A DNA stretch of 20,000 nucleotides from Candidatus Aminicenantales bacterium (GTDB taxonomy: Bacteria > Acidobacteriota > Aminicenantia > Aminicenantales > Saccharicenantaceae), in contig JBEKXF010000016.1 of assembly GCA_049512315.1 (NCBI GenBank), positions 50,551 through 70,550 on the forward strand, in the 5' to 3' direction. The translations under genes and the position numbers were made by a program. The notes under the pieces are model-generated. The model saw nothing but the letters and a program-made list of their open reading frames with translations, did not search any database and was not told the origin of the DNA. Positions 7,446 to 17,410 of this stretch are shown here, piece after piece. Every line of letters starts with the position of its first letter. The first letter of the stretch is position 1.

Positions 7446-10400
7446 TTGAAGGTGGACAGCCAGACCATTCGCAGGACCTTGCCCCATTTGTGGGCGCGTC
7501 TCCGCGGAAACGGCTTGGCCCAAAAATTTGCCGTTACCGAGCCACCGCTGCGATCGGAACTGTTCAGCAGCGACCAGATGAAGCAGCATGGCAAGGCCCT
7601 GGCGGAATCGCACACGCTGAGTTTGGGAGGCGCTCCGGACCGGCTGCTGGCGCGGCTCGCGGAGAATGAAGGAGTCCTGATTGGAACCTGCGATCTGCTT
7701 ACCGCGGCGGTCCAGACCAATCGGAGGATCGCGCCGGCCGGGGAATGGCTGCTCGACAACTTCTATCTGATTGAAGAACAGATTCGCACGGCCAAGCGCC
7801 ACTTGCCCAAGGGTTACAGCCAGGAACTCCCACGCTTGCTGAACGGTCCGTCGGCCGGCCTTCCCCGCGTGTATGACCTCGCGCTGGAGACGATCTCGCA
7901 CGGTGATGGACGGTTCGACCTCGAAAGTCTCAGCAGTTTCGTGGCCGCCTACCAAACGGTGACCGTCCTGAAGTTAGGCGAAATATGGGCCATCCCGATC
8001 ATGCTGCGCCTGGCACTCATCGAGAATCTCCGACGCGTTGGAGCCAGGATCGCCGCAGACAGGATCGACCGCAACCGCGCCGACTACTGGGCGGACCAGC
8101 TGACGAAGACCGCCGAGAAAGACCCGAAGAGTCTCATTCTCGTGATCGCGGATATGGCGCGGTCGAGCCCGCCCATGGTGAGTTCGTTTGTTGCGGAGTT
8201 GGCCCGGCGGTTGCAGGGACAGAGCCCCGCTTTGGCATTGCCCCTCACCTGGATTGAGCAGCGGCTCTCCGAGTCCGGCCTGACGATCGAGCAGTTGGTG
8301 CAGTCGGAGAACCAACAACAGGCCGCCGATCAGGTTTCCATCAGCAACAGCATCGGCAGCCTCCGCTTTCTGGGGGCGATGGACTGGCGCGAGTTCGTCG
8401 AGACGATGAGCGTTGTCGAGCAGGTTCTGCGGGAGGATCCTGGAGGAGTCTACGGCAAGATGGATTTTGCCACGCGTGATCGCTACCGTCATGTCGTGGA
8501 GAAGATCGCGAGGAGCAGCCTGCTGTCCGAAAGCGAGGTGGCCCGCAAAGCGGTCCAATTCGCCCGCGAAGGTGCGGCCAAGAAGGGCAGCGACGAACGA
8601 ACGGCACATGTCGGGTACTACCTGATCGACAAGGGAGGGCGGCAGCTCGAACGAACGGCGGAGGTCGGCCGCTCCATTCCTGAGGTTCTCCGGCGAATGA
8701 GCGACCGGTTTCCTTTGCTCCTTTATCTGGGCACGATCGCGCTGATTACGGCGATTTTCACCGGGAGTTTGTTGGCCAAGGCGCATGCCAGCGGGCTTCA
8801 CGATTGGCAAGTTGTCCTGATCGGGTTCCCGTTGCTGCTGGGGGCAAGTCATCTGGCGGTGGCGTTGGTGAATTGGCTGGCGACCTTGGTGGCGACGCCA
8901 CGCTTGCTGCCGCGGATGGACTTTTCCGGGGGAATTCCGCCGGAATCGCGCTCTCTCGTGGTGATCCCGACGATGCTCACGAGCGCTCAAAACATCGAGG
9001 ATCTGGTCGAGGCTCTGGAGGTTCGGTTTCTAGCCAATCGGGACGAAAACTTGCACTTCGGCCTGCTGACGGATTTCCGGGACGCACGGGAGGAAACGAT
9101 TCCGGAGGACGAGCCCCTGTTGCAGAGGGCCCAGAAGAGAATCGAAGAGTTGAATGAAAAGTACAAGAGCGCAAAAGGCGACACTTTCTTCCTCTTTCAT
9201 CGCCCGCGTCGCTGGAACCCTCGGGAACGGCTTTGGATGGGTTACGAGCGCAAGCGAGGGAAGCTTGAGGAATTGAATTCGCTCCTGCGCGGTGGTTCAA
9301 AAGATCGCTTCTCCCTTATCGTTGGAGATATTGCCGTCTTAGCGAACGTGAAGTACGTGATCACCTTGGACACGGATACGCAACTCCCCCGCGATTCGGC
9401 ATGGCAGTTTGTGGGAGCCATGGCCCACCCGCTGAATCGAGCGCGGTACGATGAAGACAAGCAGCGGATCGGTGAGGGGTACGGCATCCTTCAGCCACGC
9501 ATGGCCGTGAGCCTGCCCGGCATGAACCGCTCGCGGTATGCACGATTGTGCGGGAGTGAGCCAGGCATCGACCCGTACACCCGGATTGTCTCCGATGTCT
9601 ACCAGGATGTGTTTGGTGAAGGCTCATTCATTGGCAAGGGGATCTATGATGTCGATGTGTTCGAAGGGGTCCTCAAAGGGCGGTTTCCCGAAAACCGGAT
9701 TCTCAGCCATGACCTTGTGGAAGGGTGCTACGCGCGGGCAGGGCTGTTGAGCGATGTCCTGTTGTACGAGGAATACCCATCCCGCTACAGCGTGGACGTG
9801 AACCGTCGGCACCGTTGGATTCGCGGGGATTGGCAAATTGCCCGCTGGCTGCTTCCGGGCGTTCCCGGTCCCGAGAGACGCCGCCGGAAGAATCCGCTCT
9901 CCGGGCTGTCCCGATGGAAGATTCTCGACAATCTTCGTCGGAGCCTCGTATCGGCGGCGTTGACCCTGCTCTTGCTCCTCGGCTGGACCGTCTTGTCGCC
10001 ACCCTGGTTATGGACCCTGGCCGCGATCGGAACCATCCTGATTCCTCCCTGGATGGCCTCTTTTCTGGCTCTGTTTCAGAAGCCGGGCGATGTGTTGCTG
10101 CGTCAGCACCTTGCTGCCGCGGTGCGCTCGGCTGGCCGGCACTCGGCTCAGGCGGCCTTTACGCTCGCCTGTCTCCCCTACGAGGCTTTCTTCAGTCTGG
10201 ATGCGATTGGGCGCACGGTCTGGCGGATGTGGGTCACCCACAGACGACTTCTCGAATGGAATCCGTCGGGCAGCCCGGATCGCAAGAGCCGCACGGACCT
10301 CGCCGCCTCCTGGCGCACGATGTGGATCGCCCCCGTTTTGGCCACGGCCGGGGTGCTCTATCTGACGCTTTCGAGGCCGGCCGCGCTGGGTGTGGCCGGG

Positions 10401-13400
10401 CCTATCCTGGGCCTCTGGTTTGCATCCCCGGCTATCGAGTGGTGGATCAGCCGGCCGCTCGCTCGCCGCGAAACAAGGCTGACCGCCGACCAGATCCTCT
10501 TTCTCCGGAAGCTCTCCCGAAAGACCTGGGCGTTTTTCGAGATTTTCGTCGGTCCGGAAGATCATTGGCTGCCGCCGGATAACTATCAAGAGCATTCCGT
10601 TCCCGTGGTCAGGCATCGCACGTCGCCGACCAACATGGGACTGGCGTTACTCGCGAATTTGTCCGCCTATGACTTCGGTTACATTCCGGCCGGACAACTC
10701 ATCGAACGCACGGCGAATGCCTTCCATACGATGGAAGTTTTGGAACGGCACCGGGGCCACTTCTACAACTGGTACGATACGCAGTCGCTGAAACCGCTGC
10801 CCCCCCTCTACGTTTCGACGGTGGACAGCGGGAACCTCGCGGGCCATCTGCTGACCTTGCGGCCGGGTCTGCTCGCCCTTCCCGATCGCCGGATCATGGA
10901 AGGGCGATGGTTTGACGGACTCAGCGACACCCTAAGGATTCTCGTGGACGCTGCGGGAGAAGCCGCTCCAGCCCGGCTCGCTCAACTTCAGAAGGACCTG
11001 GCGTCCCCATCCGCTTCCCGGCCAACGACGCTAGCGGGGGCGCGGCTGTGCCTCGACCGGCTGGCGACAGCCGTCGCGGAGATGGTGGACAGCCTCGAGG
11101 CTGACGCCGAGAGCCAGGCAATGGGGTGGGCGCGTGCCCTCGCTCGCCAATGCCAGGGCACCCTCGACGAGCTGACTTTTCTCGCTCCGTGGACCTTGCT
11201 GCCGACCTCTCCGGATAGGCCAAACAACTTTCGCGGCCTCGATGAGATCCCCACGCTGCGCGAACTGGCCGGATTTGAGGGGGAGTGGCTGCCGGCCCTC
11301 GGGGATCGCCTCGGCTCGGAGGCGACCCCCGAGGAAAACGAGCGGTTGAGTGAGCTTCGCCGGCTCATCACCCAAGCCAGCCGCCGCGCTAAAGCGAGGA
11401 TTGCGGCCATCGAACGCCTGGCGCGGCAATCCGGCGAACTGGCCGATATGGAGTATGACTTCCTGTTTGACAAGGCGCGTCACCTGCTGGCGATCGGCTA
11501 CAACGTTGGTGAGCGACGTCGGGACTCGGGTTACTACGATCTGCTGGCTTCGGAAGCAAGATTGTCCACTTTCGTGGCGATCGCGCAGGGAAAACTGCCT
11601 CAGGAGAGCTGGTTTGCCCTGGGGCGCCTGCTCACCACCGCCGGCGGAAAACCGGTCCTCCTTTCGTGGAGCGGTTCGATGTTTGAGTATCTTATGCCGC
11701 TTCTCGTGATGCCGACCTACGAAGACACCTTGCTCGACCAGACCTACCGGGCGGCGGTGGAAACGCAGGTCGAGTATGGAAGGCACCGTGGGGTACCGTG
11801 GGGGAGTTCGGAGTCCGGCTTCAATATGGTCGACGTTCATCTCAATTACCAATACCGAGCGTTTGGCGTGCCCGGCTTGGGCCTCAAACGCGGCCTCGCC
11901 GATGATTTGGTCATTGCCCCGTATGCCTCAGCGCTCGCCCTGATGGTGGCGCCCGAGGAGGCGTGCCTGAATTTGCAGCGACTCGCCGCTGAAGGGCTGG
12001 AAGGAGAATACGGTTTCTATGAAGCGATCGACTACACTCCGTCGCGCCTACCCCGCGGGCAGTCGAGCGCCATGGTCCGGTCGTTCATGGCCCATCACGA
12101 GGGCATGAGCTTCCTCTCTCTGGCCTATCTGCTCCTGGACCGTCCGATGCAGAAGCGATTCGAGTCGGATCCTCTGTTCCAGGCAACCATGCTGTTGCTC
12201 CAGGAGCGGGTTCCCAAGGCCACAGCGTTCTATTGGCACACCGCCGAGCTCTCCGGGGTCCGTACGACTTCCAACGGTTCGGAGACGCCGGTCCGCGTTT
12301 TCAGCAGTCCGGACACGCCGATACCGGAAGTGCAGTTGTTGTCGAACGGCAGATACCACGTGATGATCACCAACGCCGGCGGCGGGTACAGCCGCTGGAA
12401 GGATATCGCCGTCACGCGCTGGCGCGAAGACAGCACCTGTGATAACTGGGGCGCGTTCTGTTACCTCCGCGACGTGGCCACCGGGGAGTTCTGGTCAACC
12501 GCCTATCAGCCGACGCTCAAAGGGCCGGAGAAATACGAAGCGATTTTCTCGGAGGCGCGCGTGGAGTTCCGCCGCCGCGACCACGAATTTGACACCCATA
12601 CCGAGATCGCCGTTTCGCCCGAGGATGACATCGAGCTGCGCCGCATCACCCTCACCAACCGCTCTCGGACGCGCCGGGCGATCGATGTCACGAGTTACGC
12701 GGAAGTCGTTCTGGCCTCGCCGGCCGCAGACGCATTGCATCCGGTGTTCAGCAATCTCTTTGTTCAAACCGAGATCCTCCACCCCCAGCGGGCGATTCTC
12801 TGCACCCGCCGGCCCCGCTCCCTGGACGAGCACACGCCCTGGATGTTTCATCTGCTGGCCGTGCATGGGGCGGAAATCGGAGAAATTTCCTATGAGACGG
12901 ACCGCCTGAGGTTCATCGGCCGCGGCAACACCACCGCCAACCCCCAAGCGATGAGCGGCGCCGCCGCGCTCTCGGGCAGCGAGGGCTCCGTGCTGGATCC
13001 GATTGTCGCCATCCGTTATCGAATTACGCTCGATCCGGAAGAAACCGCCACGATCAATATTGTCTCCGGCATCGGGGACACTCGCGACGTGTGCCTGGGC
13101 CTGATCGGCAAATACCGGGATCGCCGCCTCGCGGATCGCGTCTTCGATCTGGCGTGGTCGCACAGCCAGGTGTTCTTGCGGCAGCTCAATGCCACCGAGG
13201 GCGACGCGCAACTCTACGGACGCCTGGCCAGCTCGGTCATCTATGCCAATTCCTCGCTGCGAGCAGACCCGGGCCTCCTCATCCAGAACCGTCGCGGACA
13301 ATCCGGTCTGTGGGGCTACTCCATCTCCGGAGACTTGCCGATCGTGCTGCTGCGAATTGGCGACCCGGCCAATATCGAGTTGGTGCGCCAACTCGTGCAG

Positions 13401-16163
13401 GCCCACGCCTACTGGCGCCTCAAAGGACTGGCCGTGGACCTCGTGATCTGGAATGAGGACCACGTCGGTTACCGGCAACTCCTCAACGAACAAATCATGG
13501 GACTCATTGCCGCCGGCCTCGAAGCCAACGTGACGGATCGACCCGGGGGCATCTTTGTGAGACCTGCAGACCAGATATCGAATGAGGACCGCATCCTTTT
13601 CCAGACCGTCGCCCGGGCCATCCTCGCCGACAGTCGCGGAACGCTGGCCGACCAGATCAACCGTCGCGGCCTTGGGGACGTAACCGTGCCGCGCCTCACA
13701 TTGCCCCGAATCCGCCGCGCCGAGGCCCCGGTAGCGGCCGCGTTGCCTCGCCACGATCTGATCTTCTTCAACGGGCTGGGAGGCTTCACTCCCGATGGGC
13801 GCGAGTACGTCATGACGACCGCGCCCGGGCAGGTGACGCCGGCACCATGGGTGAATGTGCTGGCGAACCCGCACTTCGGAACCGTCATCTCGGAGAGCGG
13901 CCTGGCCTGCACCTGGAGCGAGAATGCTCACGAGTTCCGCCTCACGACCAACGACCCCGTGAGCGATTCCAGCGGAGAAGCCTTTTACCTCCGTGACGAA
14001 GAGAGGGGCCACTTCTGGTCCCCCACGCCGCTGCCCGGCCGTGGCTCGCAGCCGTACGTCAGCCGGCACGGATTCGGATACAGTGTCTTCGAGCACACGG
14101 AACGTGGCATCCGCTCCGAGCTGTGGGTTTACGTGGCCTTGGACGCGCCGATCAAGTTCGCGGTGTTGAAAGTGCGCAACGAGTGCGGCCGATCCCGCCG
14201 GCTCTCGGCCACGGGATACATGGAGTGGGTGCTGGGAGACCTGCGGCCGAAATCGGCCTTGCACGTGGCCACCGAAGTTGACCCCGGGAGCGGGGCGCTC
14301 TTCGCCCGGAACCCCTACAACACGGAGTTCGCCGACCGGGTGGCCTTTTTCGACGTGGACGATGCGGTTCGGACCGTCAGCGGCGACCGGACGGAGTTCA
14401 TTGGGCGTAACGGCACGCTCCAGAGTCCGGCGGCCATGACTCGGTCGCGGCTTTCCGGCAAGGTGGGGCCCGCTTTGGATCCCTGCGCCGCGATCCAGGT
14501 TCCCTTTGAGCTGGCCGACGGGCAAGAGCGTGAGATCATCTTCACGCTCGGCGTAGGACGGGACGCCGATGATGCCCGCAACCTGGCCTACCGCTTCCGG
14601 GGATCTGCGGCGGCGCGGGGCGCGCTCGAAGAGGTGTGGCATTACTGGAATCACACGCTCGGCGCCGTGCAGGTGGAAACGCCGGACCCGTCTCTCAACG
14701 TGCTGACCAATGGCTGGCTCTTGTACCAGACTCTGGCCTGCCGTCTTTGGGCACGGAGCGGATACTACCAGCCGGGGGGTGCCTTCGGTTTCCGCGACCA
14801 ATTGCAGGACGGGATGGCGCTCGTCCACGCCGCGCCACACCTTTTGCGCGAGCATTTACTCCGCTGCGCCGCCCGTCAGTTCCCGGAGGGAGATGTCCAG
14901 CATTGGTGGCATCCCCCCTCGGGCCGGGGCGTGCGGACCCACTGTTCTGATGATTACCTATGGTTGCCGCTGGCGACATGTCGCTACGTTCTCAGCACAG
15001 GGGACACCGGAGTGTTGGATGATCCCATCCACTTTATCGAAGGCCGCCCGGTCAACACGGAGGAGGACTCGTATTACGATCTACCGAGCCGGTCGGATGA
15101 GGTCGCCACTCTCTACGAGCACTGTCGGCGAGCCATCCTGAGGGGGCTCAGATTTGGGGAGCACGGCCTGCCGCTCATCGGCTCTGGAGATTGGAACGAC
15201 AGCATGAATATTGTGGGCGAACACGGCAAGGGCGAAAGCGTTTGGTTGGGGTTTTTCCTCTACGAAGTGCTCATGCAGTTCACGGAGGTTGCCCGTATCC
15301 GGGGTGATCTATCTTTCGTCGAACTTTGCCAGAGGGAGGCGGCTCAAGTGCGCCGGAATATCGAGCAGAATGGCTGGGATGGCGAGTGGTACCGCCGGGC
15401 TTACTTCGACGACGGCTCGCCCCTGGGGTCGGCGAGTAATCCCGAATGTCAGATTGATTCGATTGCCCAGAGCTGGTCAGTTCTATCCGGAGCGGGCGAT
15501 GCCGAGCGTTCGCGCATGGCCATGGAAGCGGTGGATCAGCGCCTCGTTCGCCGGGACGATGAGTTGATCCAACTTTTGGACCCCCCGTTCGACAAGTCGA
15601 CTTTGAATCCCGGCTATATCAAAGGGTACGTCCCGGGCGTCAGAGAAAATGGCGGTCAATATACTCAGGGGGCGGTCTGGGCGGCGATGGCCTTCGCTGC
15701 CCTTAACGACAGTCGGCGCGCCTGGGAACTGTTGGCCATGATCAACCCGGTGAACCATGCGAGATCTCCGGAGAAGATTGCGACCTACAAAGTAGAACCG
15801 TACGTCGCCTCGGCCGACGTCTATGCACTTTCGCCGCACACGGGCCGCGGGGGATGGACGTGGTACACGGCCTCGGCCGGTTGGATGTACCGGCTGATCG
15901 TGGAAGCGCTCCTGGGGCTGAGGCTGGAAGTGGACAAACTGCGTTTTGCCCCCTGCCTCCCGGCGGATTGGCCGGCATTCAAGGTGCACTACCGGTATCG
16001 CGAGACGGTCTACCATATCGTTGTTCTGCAAACGCGTGCCGGAAATGGCGAGATGAGCGTGACCGTGGATGGCGCCGAGCGACCCGACCAGGCGATTCCC
16101 CTTGTGGACGACCACCAGGAACACTCGGTTGAGGTGAGAGTACCCGCTGCACACAACAGCTAG
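7446..16163 (+). CDS. ndvB: Cyclic beta-1,2-glucan synthase (Cgs/NdvB/ChvB): GT84 synthase, membrane segments, glucoamylase-like domain and C-terminal GH94 phosphorylase region
   Basis: ~2900 aa. Motifs include EWLLDNFYLIEEQI, WMGYERKRGKL, YVITLDTDT, SHDLVEG, RRHRWIRGDWQ, YYDLLASEARL, SWSGSMFEYLMP, GFRDQLQD, GDWND, RENGGQYT. The ORF is open from 7404; TTG 7446 after AAGGAG is the likelier start. Confidence 0.93.
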   Translation: MKVDSQTIRRTLPHLWARLRGNGLAQKFAVTEPPLRSELFSSDQMKQHGKALAESHTLSLGGAPDRLLARLAENEGVLIGTCDLLTAAVQTNRRIAPAGEWLLDNFYLIEEQIRTAKRHLPKGYSQELPRLLNGPSAGLPRVYDLALETISHGDGRFDLESLSSFVAAYQTVTVLKLGEIWAIPIMLRLALIENLRRVGARIAADRIDRNRADYWADQLTKTAEKDPKSLILVIADMARSSPPMVSSFVAELARRLQGQSPALALPLTWIEQRLSESGLTIEQLVQSENQQQAADQVSISNSIGSLRFLGAMDWREFVETMSVVEQVLREDPGGVYGKMDFATRDRYRHVVEKIARSSLLSESEVARKAVQFAREGAAKKGSDERTAHVGYYLIDKGGRQLERTAEVGRSIPEVLRRMSDRFPLLLYLGTIALITAIFTGSLLAKAHASGLHDWQVVLIGFPLLLGASHLAVALVNWLATLVATPRLLPRMDFSGGIPPESRSLVVIPTMLTSAQNIEDLVEALEVRFLANRDENLHFGLLTDFRDAREETIPEDEPLLQRAQKRIEELNEKYKSAKGDTFFLFHRPRRWNPRERLWMGYERKRGKLEELNSLLRGGSKDRFSLIVGDIAVLANVKYVITLDTDTQLPRDSAWQFVGAMAHPLNRARYDEDKQRIGEGYGILQPRMAVSLPGMNRSRYARLCGSEPGIDPYTRIVSDVYQDVFGEGSFIGKGIYDVDVFEGVLKGRFPENRILSHDLVEGCYARAGLLSDVLLYEEYPSRYSVDVNRRHRWIRGDWQIARWLLPGVPGPERRRRKNPLSGLSRWKILDNLRRSLVSAALTLLLLLGWTVLSPPWLWTLAAIGTILIPPWMASFLALFQKPGDVLLRQHLAAAVRSAGRHSAQAAFTLACLPYEAFFSLDAIGRTVWRMWVTHRRLLEWNPSGSPDRKSRTDLAASWRTMWIAPVLATAGVLYLTLSRPAALGVAGPILGLWFASPAIEWWISRPLARRETRLTADQILFLRKLSRKTWAFFEIFVGPEDHWLPPDNYQEHSVPVVRHRTSPTNMGLALLANLSAYDFGYIPAGQLIERTANAFHTMEVLERHRGHFYNWYDTQSLKPLPPLYVSTVDSGNLAGHLLTLRPGLLALPDRRIMEGRWFDGLSDTLRILVDAAGEAAPARLAQLQKDLASPSASRPTTLAGARLCLDRLATAVAEMVDSLEADAESQAMGWARALARQCQGTLDELTFLAPWTLLPTSPDRPNNFRGLDEIPTLRELAGFEGEWLPALGDRLGSEATPEENERLSELRRLITQASRRAKARIAAIERLARQSGELADMEYDFLFDKARHLLAIGYNVGERRRDSGYYDLLASEARLSTFVAIAQGKLPQESWFALGRLLTTAGGKPVLLSWSGSMFEYLMPLLVMPTYEDTLLDQTYRAAVETQVEYGRHRGVPWGSSESGFNMVDVHLNYQYRAFGVPGLGLKRGLADDLVIAPYASALALMVAPEEACLNLQRLAAEGLEGEYGFYEAIDYTPSRLPRGQSSAMVRSFMAHHEGMSFLSLAYLLLDRPMQKRFESDPLFQATMLLLQERVPKATAFYWHTAELSGVRTTSNGSETPVRVFSSPDTPIPEVQLLSNGRYHVMITNAGGGYSRWKDIAVTRWREDSTCDNWGAFCYLRDVATGEFWSTAYQPTLKGPEKYEAIFSEARVEFRRRDHEFDTHTEIAVSPEDDIELRRITLTNRSRTRRAIDVTSYAEVVLASPAADALHPVFSNLFVQTEILHPQRAILCTRRPRSLDEHTPWMFHLLAVHGAEIGEISYETDRLRFIGRGNTTANPQAMSGAAALSGSEGSVLDPIVAIRYRITLDPEETATINIVSGIGDTRDVCLGLIGKYRDRRLADRVFDLAWSHSQVFLRQLNATEGDAQLYGRLASSVIYANSSLRADPGLLIQNRRGQSGLWGYSISGDLPIVLLRIGDPANIELVRQLVQAHAYWRLKGLAVDLVIWNEDHVGYRQLLNEQIMGLIAAGLEANVTDRPGGIFVRPADQISNEDRILFQTVARAILADSRGTLADQINRRGLGDVTVPRLTLPRIRRAEAPVAAALPRHDLIFFNGLGGFTPDGREYVMTTAPGQVTPAPWVNVLANPHFGTVISESGLACTWSENAHEFRLTTNDPVSDSSGEAFYLRDEERGHFWSPTPLPGRGSQPYVSRHGFGYSVFEHTERGIRSELWVYVALDAPIKFAVLKVRNECGRSRRLSATGYMEWVLGDLRPKSALHVATEVDPGSGALFARNPYNTEFADRVAFFDVDDAVRTVSGDRTEFIGRNGTLQSPAAMTRSRLSGKVGPALDPCAAIQVPFELADGQEREIIFTLGVGRDADDARNLAYRFRGSAAARGALEEVWHYWNHTLGAVQVETPDPSLNVLTNGWLLYQTLACRLWARSGYYQPGGAFGFRDQLQDGMALVHAAPHLLREHLLRCAARQFPEGDVQHWWHPPSGRGVRTHCSDDYLWLPLATCRYVLSTGDTGVLDDPIHFIEGRPVNTEEDSYYDLPSRSDEVATLYEHCRRAILRGLRFGEHGLPLIGSGDWNDSMNIVGEHGKGESVWLGFFLYEVLMQFTEVARIRGDLSFVELCQREAAQVRRNIEQNGWDGEWYRRAYFDDGSPLGSASNPECQIDSIAQSWSVLSGAGDAERSRMAMEAVDQRLVRRDDELIQLLDPPFDKSTLNPGYIKGYVPGVRENGGQYTQGAVWAAMAFAALNDSRRAWELLAMINPVNHARSPEKIATYKVEPYVASADVYALSPHTGRGGWTWYTASAGWMYRLIVEALLGLRLEVDKLRFAPCLPADWPAFKVHYRYRETVYHIVVLQTRAGNGEMSVTVDGAERPDQAIPLVDDHQEHSVEVRVPAAHNS

Positions 16164-16205
16164 GAAATTTCTTTTTTTCGGTATCAAACTCCCCGAAAAT
16201 AAAAT
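16161..16205 (-). repeat. Partial repeat copy (E): oriIS-like motif plus terminator-distal flank
   Basis: taggaaatttctttttttcg..tcaaactccccgaaaataaaa resembles 604-619 plus 647-668 (aggaatttcctttttt...tcaaactccccgtaaaataaaa). It fills the whole gap between two convergent genes. Confidence 0.7.
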
Positions 16206-16457
16206 TTATTTGTTCTCCTGCTTCTCACTGCCTTTTGTACAAAAGTAAAAATTCTTTAGTTTCATTTTGCTCTTCACAGGGCAGGCTCCGCAGATATATC
16301 CCTTCTCTTTGATGATGCACTTGCTCTTGCCCATGATCAGGCAAAAAGCTTTTTCATGAGTTGCACCTTGCTTGCTGCAATCAACATAGCTAGGACAGCC
16401 TTCACAAATACACAATTTAATGATTTCTGTTTTTTTTATATCAGGTTTTGTTGGCAT
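16206..16457 (-). CDS. Small Cys-rich protein, DUF2769-like
   Basis: CICEGCPSYVDC...AFC..GKSKC.....ICGACPV......YFC pattern, GAGGGAG SD, AT-rich. Confidence 0.75.
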   Translation of the reverse strand: MPTKPDIKKTEIIKLCICEGCPSYVDCSKQGATHEKAFCLIMGKSKCIIKEKGYICGACPVKSKMKLKNFYFCTKGSEKQENK

Positions 16458-16480
16458 TTCTTTTATTATTATTCTCCCTC

Positions 16481-17410
16481 CTAATCTGAGTCATAGTCAT
16501 ATTTCCAGTCAGTTCGTTTCGTATTTTTCACCAGCTTTGCAGCATGCATAACATTCTCGGCGATCAATTTCGTTGAGCCTTCATAACATTCTCCCAGGAC
16601 TATTTTCTTGTCTGCAAAGGTTGAGTTGCATACAGATGACATGGCATACATGTTGCTGAATGGCGGGAATAACATGCCAAAATGATTGAAGGTCATGAAT
16701 AAGTTTGAGATGACCATTGAAGCGCCTTCTTCATGGCCTGTGACGATGACTCCCGCAACCTTGCCGATGAATCTCCTCAGCATACCGCTCCCAGGCACAC
16801 TATTGTCTGCAGTGAGCTCAACGAACTTCATATGCTTGATATTAAGCTCCTTATCCTTTGGAACCTTTGGGTTGGCTGGCTTCAGGCTTCCATCCAGACT
16901 TATGCACCTGTCCATAAAAGCTTTCAGTGGTGTTGAAACGTTAAAATTATTCACCGGTGTTGCAAGGATCAAACAATCTGCTCCCAGAATCTTGTCATAT
17001 AGAATGTTGCTCATGTCATCTGCTTTGGGTGTGCCCTTAGGGTAGCAGGAGCAGTAAAAGTGGCATTGCGTGTTGGTTGTCGAGTAGCACGCCTTGCAAT
17101 GTTCTATCCGAAACTCCCTGAGTTTGATGAGCTCTGTTTCTGCTCCGAGTTTTTTGCAGTGCTCAAGACAGACTTTGAGAAGCTCTTCAGAATTTGATTC
17201 TTCCTGGGCCATGTCATACTTGTCCCTTGCAGAGCCAGATATGCCGAGAACCTTAATTTTCTTAGTCTTGCTCTTCTTCTTGTCCATCGACTCGGCTTCT
17301 TTGATTGTTTCCCTCTGGATTTGCTTAAAGCGTCCTAATTTTTTAGCATCTACTTTAAGAATCTTCATCAGTTCCTGGTCAGACAACTTCTTGCTTGCCA
17401 TTTTATTCAT
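16481..17410 (-). CDS. Flavodoxin-fold protein, NADPH-dependent FMN reductase / iron-sulfur flavoprotein family
   Basis: KVLGISGSAR FMN-binding loop, Cys cluster CKACYSTTNTQCHFYCSC, DDM, ATPV, LKAFMDR, GKVAGVIVTG. Confidence 0.85.
   Translation of the reverse strand: MNKMASKKLSDQELMKILKVDAKKLGRFKQIQRETIKEAESMDKKKSKTKKIKVLGISGSARDKYDMAQEESNSEELLKVCLEHCKKLGAETELIKLREFRIEHCKACYSTTNTQCHFYCSCYPKGTPKADDMSNILYDKILGADCLILATPVNNFNVSTPLKAFMDRCISLDGSLKPANPKVPKDKELNIKHMKFVELTADNSVPGSGMLRRFIGKVAGVIVTGHEEGASMVISNLFMTFNHFGMLFPPFSNMYAMSSVCNSTFADKKIVLGECYEGSTKLIAENVMHAAKLVKNTKRTDWKYDYDSD

Noticed and set aside
7422..16187. Many overlapping ORFs within ndvB, including a 786-aa minus-strand ORF (12495-14855)
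   Set aside because: Antisense or alternative-frame shadows of a clearly identifiable gene.
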